Counted from the first letter of the stretch, positions 10,958 to 20,888 are shown. The stretch is DNA of 64,000 bases from an uncultured Oscillospiraceae bacterium (GCA_964490975.1 CAZBEQ010000001.1:27917-91916), one strand, 5' to 3'. Numbers and translations are program-made. Notes: generated by a model not told the origin, from the sequence alone.

Positions 10958-11908
10958 TTATTCCAGTCCGGTAGATTCATCAATACCCAGCATTATATTC
11001 ATACACTGGACTGCAGCGCCCGATGCGCCTTTTCCAAGATTGTCGAGCCTTGCGGTCAGCAGTATATGATCTTCATTGCCGGTAACATATATTTCAAGTG
11101 TATTTGTATCATTACAGCCGGTTGCACTAAGGAAACCGTCAATAATACCTCCTTCGGAGCCATAGGGATAAACCTTTACAAAGCGCTGGCCCTTATAATA
11201 TTCGGAAAGGAAGCCGGACACTGCTCCTGCACTGTTCATTCCCTGCATAAATCTTGTATATAGAGGGACAGCAACTGTCATGCCCTTATAATAGGGACCG
11301 ATGATAGGTGTAAAAAGAGGCGGCTGACTGAGACCTGAAACTTTTTGCATTTCAGGTATGTGCTTATGCTTTAGTGATAATGCATAAAATCTTGGACTTC
11401 TTATCGATTCGTCCGCAGGGTCGGCAGAGACATATTCAGCGATCCTCTTCTTGCCGCCGCCGCTATATCCGGATACTGCATGGCATGTGACGGGATAATC
11501 AACCGGTATGATCTGCTCTTTCACCAAAGGATATATCAGAGCGTTAAAGCCGCTCGCATAACAGCCCGGTACTGATACTCTTGCGGCGGTCCCGATTTTC
11601 TCACGGTGTTCCTTGCTCAATTCCGGAAAACCATATGCCCAGGATGGATTTGTGCGGTGCGCTGTGCTTGCATCAATGATCCTGGCCTTACTATCTTGTG
11701 CAAGGGCGACTGATTCCCTTGCTGCATCGTCAGGAAGACATAAAAAAACAATGTCAGCTTCATTTATTAATCTTTTTCTTTCATTAACATCTTTTCTCAT
11801 TTCGGGGTCTATTGACAGTATTTCTACATCTTTACGCCTTGCCAGCCGCTCGTTTATCTGAAGGCCTGTGGTTCCTTCCTGGCCGTCTACGAATACTTTA
11901 TACGACAT
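10958..11908 (-). CDS. argC: N-acetyl-gamma-glutamyl-phosphate reductase (short, uncommon form)
   Basis: 316 aa with the active-site segment SVPGCYASG, adjacent to argB. Confidence 0.9.
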   Translation of the reverse strand: MSYKVFVDGQEGTTGLQINERLARRKDVEILSIDPEMRKDVNERKRLINEADIVFLCLPDDAARESVALAQDSKARIIDASTAHRTNPSWAYGFPELSKEHREKIGTAARVSVPGCYASGFNALIYPLVKEQIIPVDYPVTCHAVSGYSGGGKKRIAEYVSADPADESIRSPRFYALSLKHKHIPEMQKVSGLSQPPLFTPIIGPYYKGMTVAVPLYTRFMQGMNSAGAVSGFLSEYYKGQRFVKVYPYGSEGGIIDGFLSATGCNDTNTLEIYVTGNEDHILLTARLDNLGKGASGAAVQCMNIMLGIDESTGLE

Positions 11909-12012
11909 AAGGATTCCCCTTCCATTATAATATCTTATTTCACATTATTGTTTTTCGGATTATTGCTTTCTTTATATAATAGCATTAGTGTTTCTAATAA
12001 TTATACATATAG

Positions 12013-12029
12013 ATGTATAAAAATGCAAT
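12013..12029. promoter_or_regulatory. ARG-box-like operator upstream of argC
   Basis: Identical 17-mer atgtataaaaatgcaat, as at 9261-9277, lying ~105 nt upstream of the argC start. Confidence 0.6.
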
Positions 12030-12172
12030 GGTTTCACAAATAATCATTATGCAAAGTTACTAAATACCTTTTTTCAATTTTGGTAAAATGTCTACTAGTT
12101 GAAAAAAAAAAGGCATGGTATAGTTATATCTAAAGTATTATATAAACCGTATAGTTATATGGGAGGTAAAAA

Positions 12173-13285
12173 ATGGCTAGTGTTAAATTGAAAAATGTTT
12201 ACAAGAGGTATGATGGCGGTGTTACAGCTGTAAGCGATTTTAATCTGGATATTGAGGATAAGGAATTTATAATCCTCGTAGGACCTTCAGGCTGCGGTAA
12301 AACTACTACACTCAGAATGGTTGCCGGTCTCGAGGAGATCTCCGAGGGAGAGGTCTATATAGGCGATAAACTTGTTAATGATGTACAGCCAAAAGACAGG
12401 GATATAGCAATGGTTTTCCAGAACTACGCGTTGTATCCGCATATGACCGTTTTCGACAACATGGCATTCGGTCTGAAGCTCAGAAAGACTCCTAAGGAAG
12501 ATATAAAGAAGAGAGTTCATGAAGCAGCAAAGATCCTTGAGATAGAGCATCTGCTCGACAGAAAGCCGAAGGCTCTTTCAGGCGGACAGAGGCAGAGGGT
12601 TGCTCTCGGCCGTGCTATAGTCCGTGACCCTAAGGTATTCCTTATGGACGAACCTCTCTCCAACCTCGATGCAAAACTGAGGGTTCAGATGAGACTTGAA
12701 ATTACCAAGCTCCATCAGAAATTGAATACAACATTCATTTATGTTACACATGACCAGACTGAAGCTATGACAATGGGTACCAGGATCGTTGTTATGAAGG
12801 ATGGTTTCGTACAGCAGGTCGATACTCCTACATCACTTTATGACAGACCGGTCAACATGTTCGTTGCAGGCTTCATAGGCAGCCCTCAAATGAACTTTAT
12901 AAATGTCACTGTCGACAAGCGCGGGGATTCAATATTCCTGAAGTTCGGCGAAAATGAAATCAAGCTTCCCGAAGGCAAGGCAAAGAAGCTCGAAGGCACT
13001 GACTATATCGGCAGAGAGGTCGTTATGGGTATCAGACCTGAAAGCATGCATGATGAGGATGCTTTCCTGCAATCAATGCCTGACAGCATCGTAAAAGCAG
13101 ATGTCGAAGTCGTTGAAATGCTCGGCTCAGAGACATATCTACACATGTTTATCGAAGGCGTAAGCTGCACCGCAAGGGTCAACCCGAGAACGAAGACCAG
13201 GTCCGGTGACACGATCAAGATCGCTATCGATACAAATAGAGTTCACCTTTTCGATAAAGATACTGAAAAGACAATAGTGAACTGA
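12173..13285 (+). CDS. msmX: Sugar ABC transporter ATP-binding protein (MsmX/MalK/UgpC type), no adjacent permease
   Basis: Walker [10 protein letters not shown], signature LSGGQRQR, Walker B FLMDEP and a MalK-like regulatory C-domain. Confidence 0.85.
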   Translation: MASVKLKNVYKRYDGGVTAVSDFNLDIEDKEFIILVGPSGCGKTTTLRMVAGLEEISEGEVYIGDKLVNDVQPKDRDIAMVFQNYALYPHMTVFDNMAFGLKLRKTPKEDIKKRVHEAAKILEIEHLLDRKPKALSGGQRQRVALGRAIVRDPKVFLMDEPLSNLDAKLRVQMRLEITKLHQKLNTTFIYVTHDQTEAMTMGTRIVVMKDGFVQQVDTPTSLYDRPVNMFVAGFIGSPQMNFINVTVDKRGDSIFLKFGENEIKLPEGKAKKLEGTDYIGREVVMGIRPESMHDEDAFLQSMPDSIVKADVEVVEMLGSETYLHMFIEGVSCTARVNPRTKTRSGDTIKIAIDTNRVHLFDKDTEKTIVN

Positions 13286-13316
13286 TATTGAATCAGAGAC
13301 AAAATTATTTACAAAA

Positions 13317-13348
13317 CAGCGCCGGTAATTTTACCAGCGCTGTTTTTT
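13317..13348 (+). terminator. Intrinsic terminator of the msmX-like gene
   Basis: cagcgccggta (13317-13327) pairs with taccagcgctg (13332-13342) with one mismatch, followed by a T6 run. Confidence 0.8.
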
Positions 13349-13607
13349 GTGCGTTGTGTTATCGGTAATATTAAGACCGTCGGCGCAGTTTATTACGGTT
13401 GTGTTTCCAATCACCAACCGCGGTGCTCCTTTTCAAGGCACGATAAAGTCCAAGTAGGGGGTCCTGTCTCACGGGTATTGCAGTTGCTTCTACACTACTG
13501 CCTGCTTTGCAGAAGGGCTTTGAAGCGGGAAACACAACCTTCACAAACGGTATCGCCGGTTTGCCTACTATGGTGCTCCTTTATCAGCGCTGTTTTTTTG
13601 TGAAAAT
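13349..13607 (+). ncRNA. Candidate structured RNA or inserted element, unclassified
   Basis: GC-rich block between AT-rich flanks. A perfect 12-bp long-range helix pairs ggttgtgtttcc (13397-13408) with ggaaacacaacc (13528-13539), extendable outward. It ends with a second copy of the terminator 3' half (cagcgctgttttttt). Confidence 0.3.
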
Positions 13608-13673
13608 CTGCGTATTCCATATCTTTTTTTAATATAGTATAATAAAAATTAGCGGTAATTTGTCAGGATATCT

Positions 13674-14804
13674 GTGAGCTTGCCTGTAAAAAAGACGGCA
13701 GGGGGTATTAAATTGCGACTTTTTCAAAATCTAATCAATCAGATTCGAGATTATATGAGTGGGAATTTCGGCATAATGGATGAAACCGGACTCATATTAG
13801 GGTGTACAGATGAACAGCTGTCTGGAACTATACATCCTTCAATAACCGAGGTTATTCGTGATGAAAGAATATATACAGAGGTCGGCGGATGGATATACCA
13901 GAAGGTTTTTATCAAAAACAGACTGGAATTCATAGTGTTTACCGTAATGGAGGGTGAACACAGCAAAAAGCTCCTTTCTATGCTTTCTATAAACGTGGCA
14001 AATATCAAGAATTATTACGAAGAGAAATTCGACAGGGGAAATTTCTTTAAAAATATAATAACTGACAATATACTTCCTGGAGATATACAGGTCAAGGCAA
14101 AAGAACTGCATATACCTTTTAATGGATGCCGTGCGGTTTTTCTGATCAAGATGGCGAGAGTAAGGGACGTTCAACCTCAGGAGGTCATACAGAGCCTGTT
14201 TCCCAAAAAAATGAAGGACTATGTGATAGTACTTGATGATGAAACGCTGGTGCTCATCAAAGAGGTAAAGGATCTAAATGATACAAAGGAAATCGATAAA
14301 ACCGCAAAATCTATTATCGACATTCTAAATACCGAGATCATGGTAAAGGCACAGATCGGAATAGGTTCCATAGTCGAGAGTGTCTGGGATATAGGACGTT
14401 CCTACAAGGAAGCGCAGACGGCACTTCAGATAGGCAGCATTTTTGAAAGCGACAAGGCTATCATAAACTATGACAATCTGGGTATCGGAAGGCTGATTTA
14501 CCAGCTTCCGACTACAATGTGCAGACTTTTTATGAAAGAGGTCTTCAAGAAAGGTCCGTTTGAAGCGCTGGATCAGGAAACGCTTTTAACTATCCAGAAG
14601 TTTTTTGAAAACAACCTTAATGTCAGTGAAACCTCCAGGCAGCTGTATGTGCACAGAAATACGCTGGTTTACAGATTAGACAAGATACAGAAAATAACTG
14701 GGCTTGATCTGAGAAGCTTTGATGATGCCATTATATTTAAGGTATCATTGCTCGTAAAAAAATATCTAGACAAGGCAGAGAATATGCAGGGCGATTATAA
14801 TTAA
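13674..14804 (+). CDS. PucR/CdaR-family transcriptional regulator
   Basis: C-terminal PucR-type HTH (ETSRQLYVHRNTLVYRLDKIQKITGLD). The start codon is uncertain. Confidence 0.75.
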   Translation: MSLPVKKTAGGIKLRLFQNLINQIRDYMSGNFGIMDETGLILGCTDEQLSGTIHPSITEVIRDERIYTEVGGWIYQKVFIKNRLEFIVFTVMEGEHSKKLLSMLSINVANIKNYYEEKFDRGNFFKNIITDNILPGDIQVKAKELHIPFNGCRAVFLIKMARVRDVQPQEVIQSLFPKKMKDYVIVLDDETLVLIKEVKDLNDTKEIDKTAKSIIDILNTEIMVKAQIGIGSIVESVWDIGRSYKEAQTALQIGSIFESDKAIINYDNLGIGRLIYQLPTTMCRLFMKEVFKKGPFEALDQETLLTIQKFFENNLNVSETSRQLYVHRNTLVYRLDKIQKITGLDLRSFDDAIIFKVSLLVKKYLDKAENMQGDYN

Positions 14805-14901
14805 ATCAGTAAAATATTGTTGTAACAATATATAGCAGGAATTTTGTGGTTTTTTGTAGAAATAAAGCATCATACGATATCAATCAATGAGGTGTATTTT
14901 T

Positions 14902-15609
14902 GTGGTTGAACTTAAAGGTGTATCGAAAACGTATCCAAATGGTACTATAGCACTCAGGGATGTTAATCTTAAAATAGAAAAAGGCGAGTTCGTATTTTTG
15001 GTAGGCCCAAGCGGCTCTGGAAAATCAACGCTTGTCAAGCTTCTGCTCAAGGAAGAGGATGCTACTGAAGGCGAAGTTTACGTAAATGGTTATGATGTAT
15101 CCTCCATGACAAGGCGGGAGGTACCGTATCTTAGAAGGAGCCTTGGCTTTGTTTTTCAGGATTTCAGGCTGTTGCCCAATAAAACCGTGTATGAAAATGT
15201 CGCTTTTGCAATGATCATTACCGAAGCGCTGCCCAAGGAGATCAGAAGGCAGGTGCCAATGGCATTGGCGCTTGTAGGCCTGAGCAGAAAGGCCAATATG
15301 TATCCTAATCAGCTTTCCGGTGGAGAGCAGCAGAGAGTCGCGCTGGCAAGAGCGCTGGCAAATAATCCGGCGCTTCTGATTGCAGATGAACCAACAGGAA
15401 ATCTTGATCCTGAGACATCGTGGGAAATAATGAAGCTCCTTAGTGAGGTAAATCACAGGGGTACGACAGTGATCGTTGCAACTCATGAAAAATCTATCGT
15501 TGATGAAATGAAGAAGCGTGTTGTTTCGATCAGTAAGGGTTTGATAGTAAGGGATCAGGAGAAAGGACTTTACAAGGATGAAGATAAGAACAATCAGGCA
15601 TATATTTAA
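14902..15609 (+). CDS. ftsE: Cell-division ABC ATPase FtsE
   Basis: Walker A GPSGSGKST, signature LSGGEQQR, Walker B LIADEP. GAGGTG lies 7 nt before GTG 14902; the track start is 14887. Confidence 0.9.
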   Translation: MVELKGVSKTYPNGTIALRDVNLKIEKGEFVFLVGPSGSGKSTLVKLLLKEEDATEGEVYVNGYDVSSMTRREVPYLRRSLGFVFQDFRLLPNKTVYENVAFAMIITEALPKEIRRQVPMALALVGLSRKANMYPNQLSGGEQQRVALARALANNPALLIADEPTGNLDPETSWEIMKLLSEVNHRGTTVIVATHEKSIVDEMKKRVVSISKGLIVRDQEKGLYKDEDKNNQAYI

Positions 15610-16477
15610 AGAGGGCTTTGTTAACTCGTACAGGAACAAGCTTATGTCGCTGGCATCGATTGCCATTGTGGTGGCTTCGCTTATAGTATTCGGAATTTTT
15701 CTGCTGGCTGCGCTGAATATGGAAATGAATATAAATATGTGGAAGGAACAGCCGCAGCTGGAGGCTTTTTGTTACGAGGAACTTGACGATACACAGATAC
15801 AGCGGGTAGAGGATGAAATAAAGAAGGATGACAGGGTACTGCAATATGAAAAGGTGAGCAAGGATCAGGCATTTAAAAAGATGCAGGAAAGGCTGGGCAA
15901 GAACTCCGCTATCCTGGACGGATATGGGGCGGATATTTTCCCGGTATCGTTTATTATAAAGCTCAAGGATGTGGGGTATAGCGATGAGATCGTAAAATCA
16001 CTGGAAAAAATCAGCGGTGTCGAAAAGGTAAGCTATTCCCAGGATACTATCGATGTAATAACGAGGGTATCGTATTGGTTTAAACTTGGAAGCAGCGTTA
16101 TGATAGTTATATTTTTAGTGGTTTCGATTTTTATTATATCAAATACTATAAAGCTGACGGTTTTTGCCAGACGCAAGGAAATAAACATAATGAAATATAT
16201 AGGAGCCACAGATTGGTTTATTCGCTGGCCTTTTGTTGTGGAAGGTGTTATAATGAGTATAGTTGGCGCAATTTTGGCATTTGTGATATCAGCATATGGG
16301 TATAGTGCAATACAGGATAAATTTTCTCAGGATCTGTTTCTGGCCGAGTCACAGCTACTGAGTCTGGTAGAGATCAAGGATGTCTGGACCCAGTTGGCTG
16401 CATCGTATACAGCGATCGGGATCGTGGTCGGGGCAGTGGGTAGCTTTATATCGTTACGCAGACATTTGAGGGTATAA
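15578..16477 (+). CDS. ftsX: Cell-division permease FtsX
   Basis: Typical FtsX N-terminus (MKIRTIRHIFKEGF), a large extracellular loop and 4 TM segments. It overlaps the ftsE end. Confidence 0.9.
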   Translation: MKIRTIRHIFKEGFVNSYRNKLMSLASIAIVVASLIVFGIFLLAALNMEMNINMWKEQPQLEAFCYEELDDTQIQRVEDEIKKDDRVLQYEKVSKDQAFKKMQERLGKNSAILDGYGADIFPVSFIIKLKDVGYSDEIVKSLEKISGVEKVSYSQDTIDVITRVSYWFKLGSSVMIVIFLVVSIFIISNTIKLTVFARRKEINIMKYIGATDWFIRWPFVVEGVIMSIVGAILAFVISAYGYSAIQDKFSQDLFLAESQLLSLVEIKDVWTQLAASYTAIGIVVGAVGSFISLRRHLRV

Positions 16478-16478
16478 T

Positions 16479-16647
16479 GGTAAGGGGACACTCCTTTAGC
16501 AAGAGGCATGTCTCTGGGGACTAAGGAATGTATCAAGGTAAGGGGACACTCCTTTAGCAAGAGGCATGTCTCTGGGGACTAAGGAATGTATCAAGGTAAG
16601 GGGACACTCCTTTAGCAAGAGGCATGTCTCTGGGGACTAAGGAATGT
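16479..16647. repeat. Tandem repeat, 3 x 58 bp, near-perfect, non-coding
   Basis: The unit ggtaaggggacactcctttagcaagaggcatgtctctggggactaaggaatgtatcaa starts at 16479, 16537 and 16595. The period is not a multiple of 3. Confidence 0.95.
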
Positions 16648-16676
16648 CCCCAATAAGAGTTTTGGAGGTTGGATTA

Positions 16677-17810
16677 GTGAGGAAGAGATTTACGATCGCG
16701 ATACTAATATGCGCAATTATGGTTTCTTCTGTGTTCCCGGTCATGGCTGATGAGCTTTCAGAAGCTAAGAATCAAAAAGCATCCGCAGAGAATCGCATCA
16801 CTGAGCTCAAGAAGAAACAAAAGGAAGAACTACAAGAAAAGACAAAGCTCGAGCAGGAAAAAGCTGTTATTGCAAAGCAGCAGGCTAAGGAAACAAATGC
16901 ATATGAAGAGCTGCTCAAACAGATAAGTGATGCCGAGGAGCATCTTAGGCAGACAGAGTTGGCACTTGCTGAAGCTGTTGCAAATTACAACAAGCAGAAT
17001 GAACTTGTAAAGACAAGGCTTCAGGTGATGTACCAGAATTCAAGCACGACAAAGCTCGATACACTGCTTGAGACCAAAAGTGTTGTTGAGTTTTATGAGC
17101 GTTTCCATTATATGTCCGTAATTTCTGAAAATGATAATAATATGATCCTGGATCTTGAAGAAGCAAGAAAGGATGTAGAGGTAAAGAAGAAGCTCCAGCA
17201 GGAGGCCAAGGAATATTTTGAGCAAAAGGCCAGTGAAAAGCAGACGCGGCTCCAGCAGCTCAAAACCTCAAGATCAGAGGTTGAAGGTGAAATATCAAGA
17301 AGTAAAACCGAGATTGCTAAGCTTGAAAAGGAAATCGACAAACAGATAGAGGAATCCAAAAGACTGAACAGTGTCATCAAGAGCCTTTCAACAAAGAAAA
17401 AGTACGCAGGCGGTTCCATGACGTGGCCCTGCCCGAGTTCGCACAATATTACGTCTCCTTATGGTATGAGAAAGCATCCCATACTCAGAAAGTACAAGCT
17501 GCACACAGGGGTTGACATAGGAGCAGACAAAGGTGCCTCAATAGTCGCTGCCAACAGCGGAACGGTAATAATGGCGCATTATGATAACAGCGGTTATGGG
17601 AAAATGGTCGTTATAGACCATGGCGGCGGTATTACTACTCTCTACGCACATGCCAGCAAGATTTGCGTAAGTGTCGGCCAGACGGTCAAAGCCGGGGAAG
17701 TCATAGCCAAAGTAGGCAGTACCGGATTATCGACCGGAAATCACCTTCATTTTGAAGTAAGGGTAAACGGTGAGACAAAGAATCCGATGAAGGGTTATAT
17801 AAGCAAGTAG
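16677..17810 (+). CDS. Coiled-coil M23 (LytM) peptidase, EnvC/PcsB-like partner of FtsEX
   Basis: Signal peptide, a long heptad-rich coiled coil, and a C-terminal M23 domain (HTGVDIGA...GNHLHFEV). GGAGG lies 8 nt before GTG 16677. Confidence 0.85.
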   Translation: MRKRFTIAILICAIMVSSVFPVMADELSEAKNQKASAENRITELKKKQKEELQEKTKLEQEKAVIAKQQAKETNAYEELLKQISDAEEHLRQTELALAEAVANYNKQNELVKTRLQVMYQNSSTTKLDTLLETKSVVEFYERFHYMSVISENDNNMILDLEEARKDVEVKKKLQQEAKEYFEQKASEKQTRLQQLKTSRSEVEGEISRSKTEIAKLEKEIDKQIEESKRLNSVIKSLSTKKKYAGGSMTWPCPSSHNITSPYGMRKHPILRKYKLHTGVDIGADKGASIVAANSGTVIMAHYDNSGYGKMVVIDHGGGITTLYAHASKICVSVGQTVKAGEVIAKVGSTGLSTGNHLHFEVRVNGETKNPMKGYISK

Positions 17811-17844
17811 GATTGCATAGCTTAGTATTTATGCTGATCAATAT

Positions 17845-17895
17845 ACGGGTGAAAGAGCTGGCCATCATGAATGGACGCAGCTTCGCCCGTTTTTT
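17845..17895 (+). terminator. Probable intrinsic terminator
   Basis: Imperfect stem pairing acgggtgaaagagctg with cagcttcgcccgt, followed by a T5 run. Confidence 0.5.
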
Positions 17896-18006
17896 GTAAC
17901 CAGCAAAGCTCTTTGATATATTCTCTTTATAACTGGTTTAGCCGCTGCAATGCTGATTTTGCTTCTACATAGTATATGAGTTCAATAACTGAGCGTAGGT
18001 ATAAAG

Positions 18007-19161
18007 ATGAATAAGAAGGCAACTATATCTAATATTGTATTGATTGGGCTTGTCAGCATGTTTGCTGATATGAGCACAGAAATGGTTTATCCTCTGGTTC
18101 CTCTCTTTTTGACAGCTACACTTGGCGCGTCACCTGCCATTGTGGGAGTAATTGAAGGAATTGCAGAGAGCCTTGCATCGATTCTCAAAGTGTTCAGCGG
18201 TTATATCGGAGATGTCTACCACAATAAGAAGCGGCTTGCTTTCACCGGATATTCAGCATCGATACTTTATAAGATATTTCTTATTCTTTCTACATCATGG
18301 TTCGGAGTTTTAGTCGCAAGAGTTATCGACCGTACAGGAAAGGGTATACGGACCGCGCCGCGGGATGCACTTGTTGCACAATCGAGTGACGGCAAAAAGC
18401 TTGGCTCGTCATTTGGACTACATAAAATGCTGGATATGGCCGGTTCCTCACTAGGCGTTTTGCTTGCTTATATTTTTGTGGCTACAAACTTTGGGTTGCA
18501 GAAAGCGTTTTTCTACTCCATTATTCCGGCAGTCATCGGAGTATTGATCATTTTAGCAGTCAAGGAGGACAAAAACTCTGAAGCGGCAGGTAAAAAGTTT
18601 AAGCTGAAGGGATTAGTTCTTGACCGGAAGCTGAAAATGTATTTAGCTGTAATATTTGTTTTCTGTATTGGTAATTCATCAAATGCATTTTTGCTGCTAA
18701 AAGCACAGGAGCGAGGGTTTTCAGCATCACAGGTAATTCTGCTTTATTTTATTTTTAATGTCACTGCATCAATACTGGCAATTCCGGCAGGAAAATTATC
18801 TGATAAATTTGGAAGAAGCAAAGTCCTTGTTCCGGGTTATCTAGTCTATGGCCTTGTTTATCTTGGTTTTGCTATTTTTTCTTCAAAATCGGCAATTGTT
18901 CTGTTGTTTATTGCCTACGGCGTTTATAATGCATTCATAAGTGGTGCGGAACGGGCGCTTATTGTTGAGAATTCACCTTCGGGGCACAAGGGAACTATTC
19001 TTGGACTTTATGGTATGCTGCAGGGTATCGGTCTGTTGTTGTCTTCTACTATAGCCGGCCTTATGTGGTATAATATCAATTCGGGTGCACCGTTTTTATT
19101 TGGTGGCATCCTTGGAATAGTGTCAGCTGCAATGATCGGATTAATTCTTGGGTTTATTTAG
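18007..19161 (+). CDS. MFS transporter
   Basis: 384 aa with ~12 predicted TM segments and an MFS loop motif (RVIDRTGKGIRTAPRDAL). Confidence 0.8.
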   Translation: MNKKATISNIVLIGLVSMFADMSTEMVYPLVPLFLTATLGASPAIVGVIEGIAESLASILKVFSGYIGDVYHNKKRLAFTGYSASILYKIFLILSTSWFGVLVARVIDRTGKGIRTAPRDALVAQSSDGKKLGSSFGLHKMLDMAGSSLGVLLAYIFVATNFGLQKAFFYSIIPAVIGVLIILAVKEDKNSEAAGKKFKLKGLVLDRKLKMYLAVIFVFCIGNSSNAFLLLKAQERGFSASQVILLYFIFNVTASILAIPAGKLSDKFGRSKVLVPGYLVYGLVYLGFAIFSSKSAIVLLFIAYGVYNAFISGAERALIVENSPSGHKGTILGLYGMLQGIGLLLSSTIAGLMWYNINSGAPFLFGGILGIVSAAMIGLILGFI

Positions 19162-19260
19162 CTGACAGGCGGCATAAGATATATTGATCGGCTCAGAAAT
19201 TAATTTAAAAGTAGAGATTGTGCCATACCATTAATTATTTTAACTTGAGGAGCGTGCAAG

Positions 19261-20490
19261 ATGGGTAAAAAATTCTCAATACGTCAGGTCGCTGCAATAG
19301 TTGCTGTGGCAGTGACCATTTCTGTCTGTGCGACCATATTTGTCACCAATTACATATATACGTCTTCAGATAGGCATGTTATAAGCTTTGACGCTGAAGC
19401 TGTAAACCTTGAGAATGTAGTAAAGTTCAATCAGGTCAGGGATATTCTGAAAAAGGACTTTTATATGAGCGTTGACGAGAATAAGCTGATAGAGGGTGCA
19501 ACCAGCGGTCTTGCCGACTCGCTGGAGGATCCGTATACCGTATATTTCAATAGGCAGCAGATGCAGACGTTCCTTGAAAAATCGGAAGGCAGCTATGTCG
19601 GTATCGGTGTTACTGTAAATGTCGACGATAAGGGACTTTTGACCGTCATCGAGCCTTATGAGGGATCACCAGCAAAAGAGGCCGGAATGCAGCAGGGCGA
19701 CAAGATCGTTAAAGTTGACGATAAGGACGTGACCGCATATAGTGATGAAAACATGATAATAAGCATGATAAAGGGAAAGGAAAATACCAAGGTAAGTATC
19801 ACTGTTTACCGCCCCGGTGAGGACCGCTACGTTCAGTTTGATATTACCCGGAAGAGGATTAAGGCATCTAATATAAAAAGTGAGATACTCGATGGCAACA
19901 TCGGATATATCAAGCTTGTTATGTTTGACAGTGAAATAGCGAAGTATTTCAGGAATGACTTGAACAGTATGCTTAAAAAGGGTATTAAAGGTCTGGTAAT
20001 CGATCTAAGGGATAATCCCGGAGGGTCATATGAGCAAGTGGTTCAGATTGCTGACAGCCTGTTGCCCGAGGGCATTATAGTTTATACTGAGGACAGAGAG
20101 GGCAATAAAAACGTCGAGAGATCCAACAGGTCAAGTATTGGTCTGCCAATGGTGCTTCTTATCAACGGAAACAGCGCCAGCGCTTCGGAAATACTGGCAG
20201 GTTCAGTCAAAGATCATGGTGTTGGCAAGCTTGTTGGGAGCAGGACATTTGGGAAAGGACTTGTTCAGGAGCTGAAAGTCCTCAAGGACGGCTCAGGACT
20301 TAAGGTGACCATATCCAGATATTTCACACCATCAGGGGTTTGTATACATGGAACGGGTGTCAAGCCTGACATAGAAGTTGATGTATTGGATGAATATAAG
20401 AATTATCCTGTTTCTCAGATCCCAAGGGACAGGGATGTTCAGCTGAAATCAGCTATTGAGGCGTTGCTTGGTGAAATAGAAAATGATTAA
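19261..20490 (+). CDS. ctpA: S41 family C-terminal processing peptidase (PDZ-containing)
   Basis: N-terminal anchor, a PDZ segment (GSPAKEAGMQQGDKIVKVD) and a catalytic region (NGNSASASEI...GKG). Confidence 0.85.
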   Translation: MGKKFSIRQVAAIVAVAVTISVCATIFVTNYIYTSSDRHVISFDAEAVNLENVVKFNQVRDILKKDFYMSVDENKLIEGATSGLADSLEDPYTVYFNRQQMQTFLEKSEGSYVGIGVTVNVDDKGLLTVIEPYEGSPAKEAGMQQGDKIVKVDDKDVTAYSDENMIISMIKGKENTKVSITVYRPGEDRYVQFDITRKRIKASNIKSEILDGNIGYIKLVMFDSEIAKYFRNDLNSMLKKGIKGLVIDLRDNPGGSYEQVVQIADSLLPEGIIVYTEDREGNKNVERSNRSSIGLPMVLLINGNSASASEILAGSVKDHGVGKLVGSRTFGKGLVQELKVLKDGSGLKVTISRYFTPSGVCIHGTGVKPDIEVDVLDEYKNYPVSQIPRDRDVQLKSAIEALLGEIEND

Positions 20491-20560
20491 TGTATAAAAG
20501 CGTATATTTCTCCACAAAATACCTAACAGTAATATAAATAAAGGGCTGAGAGGTGTGGGT

Positions 20561-20734
20561 ATGGAGAAGAAGCAAGAAATGCTTAAGTTTGAGATCGCCA
20601 GTGAACTGGGGCTTGGTGAAAAGGTGTTGAAATTAGGCTGGAAGAGCCTGTCTGCTAAAGAAACAGGCAGAATCGGCGGGCTCGTCTCGAAGAGGAAGAA
20701 AGCACAGCAGGGAATGAATCAGGAGCAGATGTGA
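20561..20734 (+). CDS. Alpha/beta-type small acid-soluble spore protein (57 aa, absent from ORF track)
   Basis: MEKKQEMLKFEIASELGLGEKV...SAKETGRIGGLVSKR matches the SASP signature pattern K(L/F)EIA.E.G....G..GG.. GAGGTG RBS upstream; a possible forespore-type promoter lies at gtata-N18-caaaata. Confidence 0.7.
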   Translation: MEKKQEMLKFEIASELGLGEKVLKLGWKSLSAKETGRIGGLVSKRKKAQQGMNQEQM

Positions 20735-20858
20735 CAGGAAGCTGTAACTAGGCGCGGGCAGATGTGCGGCGGGAGATCAGGCACCAGGTGCGGCGGGAGT
20801 ATGTTCATCGCGCTGTAAGCTATGAACTATAATTATAGGCTGTGAGCTATCGGTATAT

Positions 20859-20888
20859 GGGAACCGTATTGGAAACGGCTCCTTTTTT
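20859..20888 (+). terminator. Intrinsic terminator
   Basis: ggaaccgt pairs with acggctcc (one mismatch), followed by a T6 run. Confidence 0.6.

Noticed and set aside
13349-13603. 84-aa ORF MRCVIGNIKT...
   Set aside because: It starts inside a terminator T-run, lacks an RBS and has an improbable Cys/Arg-rich sequence. The region is better explained as structured RNA or an inserted element.
15025-15666. 213-aa minus-strand ORF
   Set aside because: It is antisense to ftsE/ftsX, has no RBS and has a low-complexity composition. It is spurious.
16479-16647. Possible CRISPR array (58-bp repeats)
   Set aside because: The units are directly contiguous with no spacers, and no cas genes are present. 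It is a plain tandem repeat.
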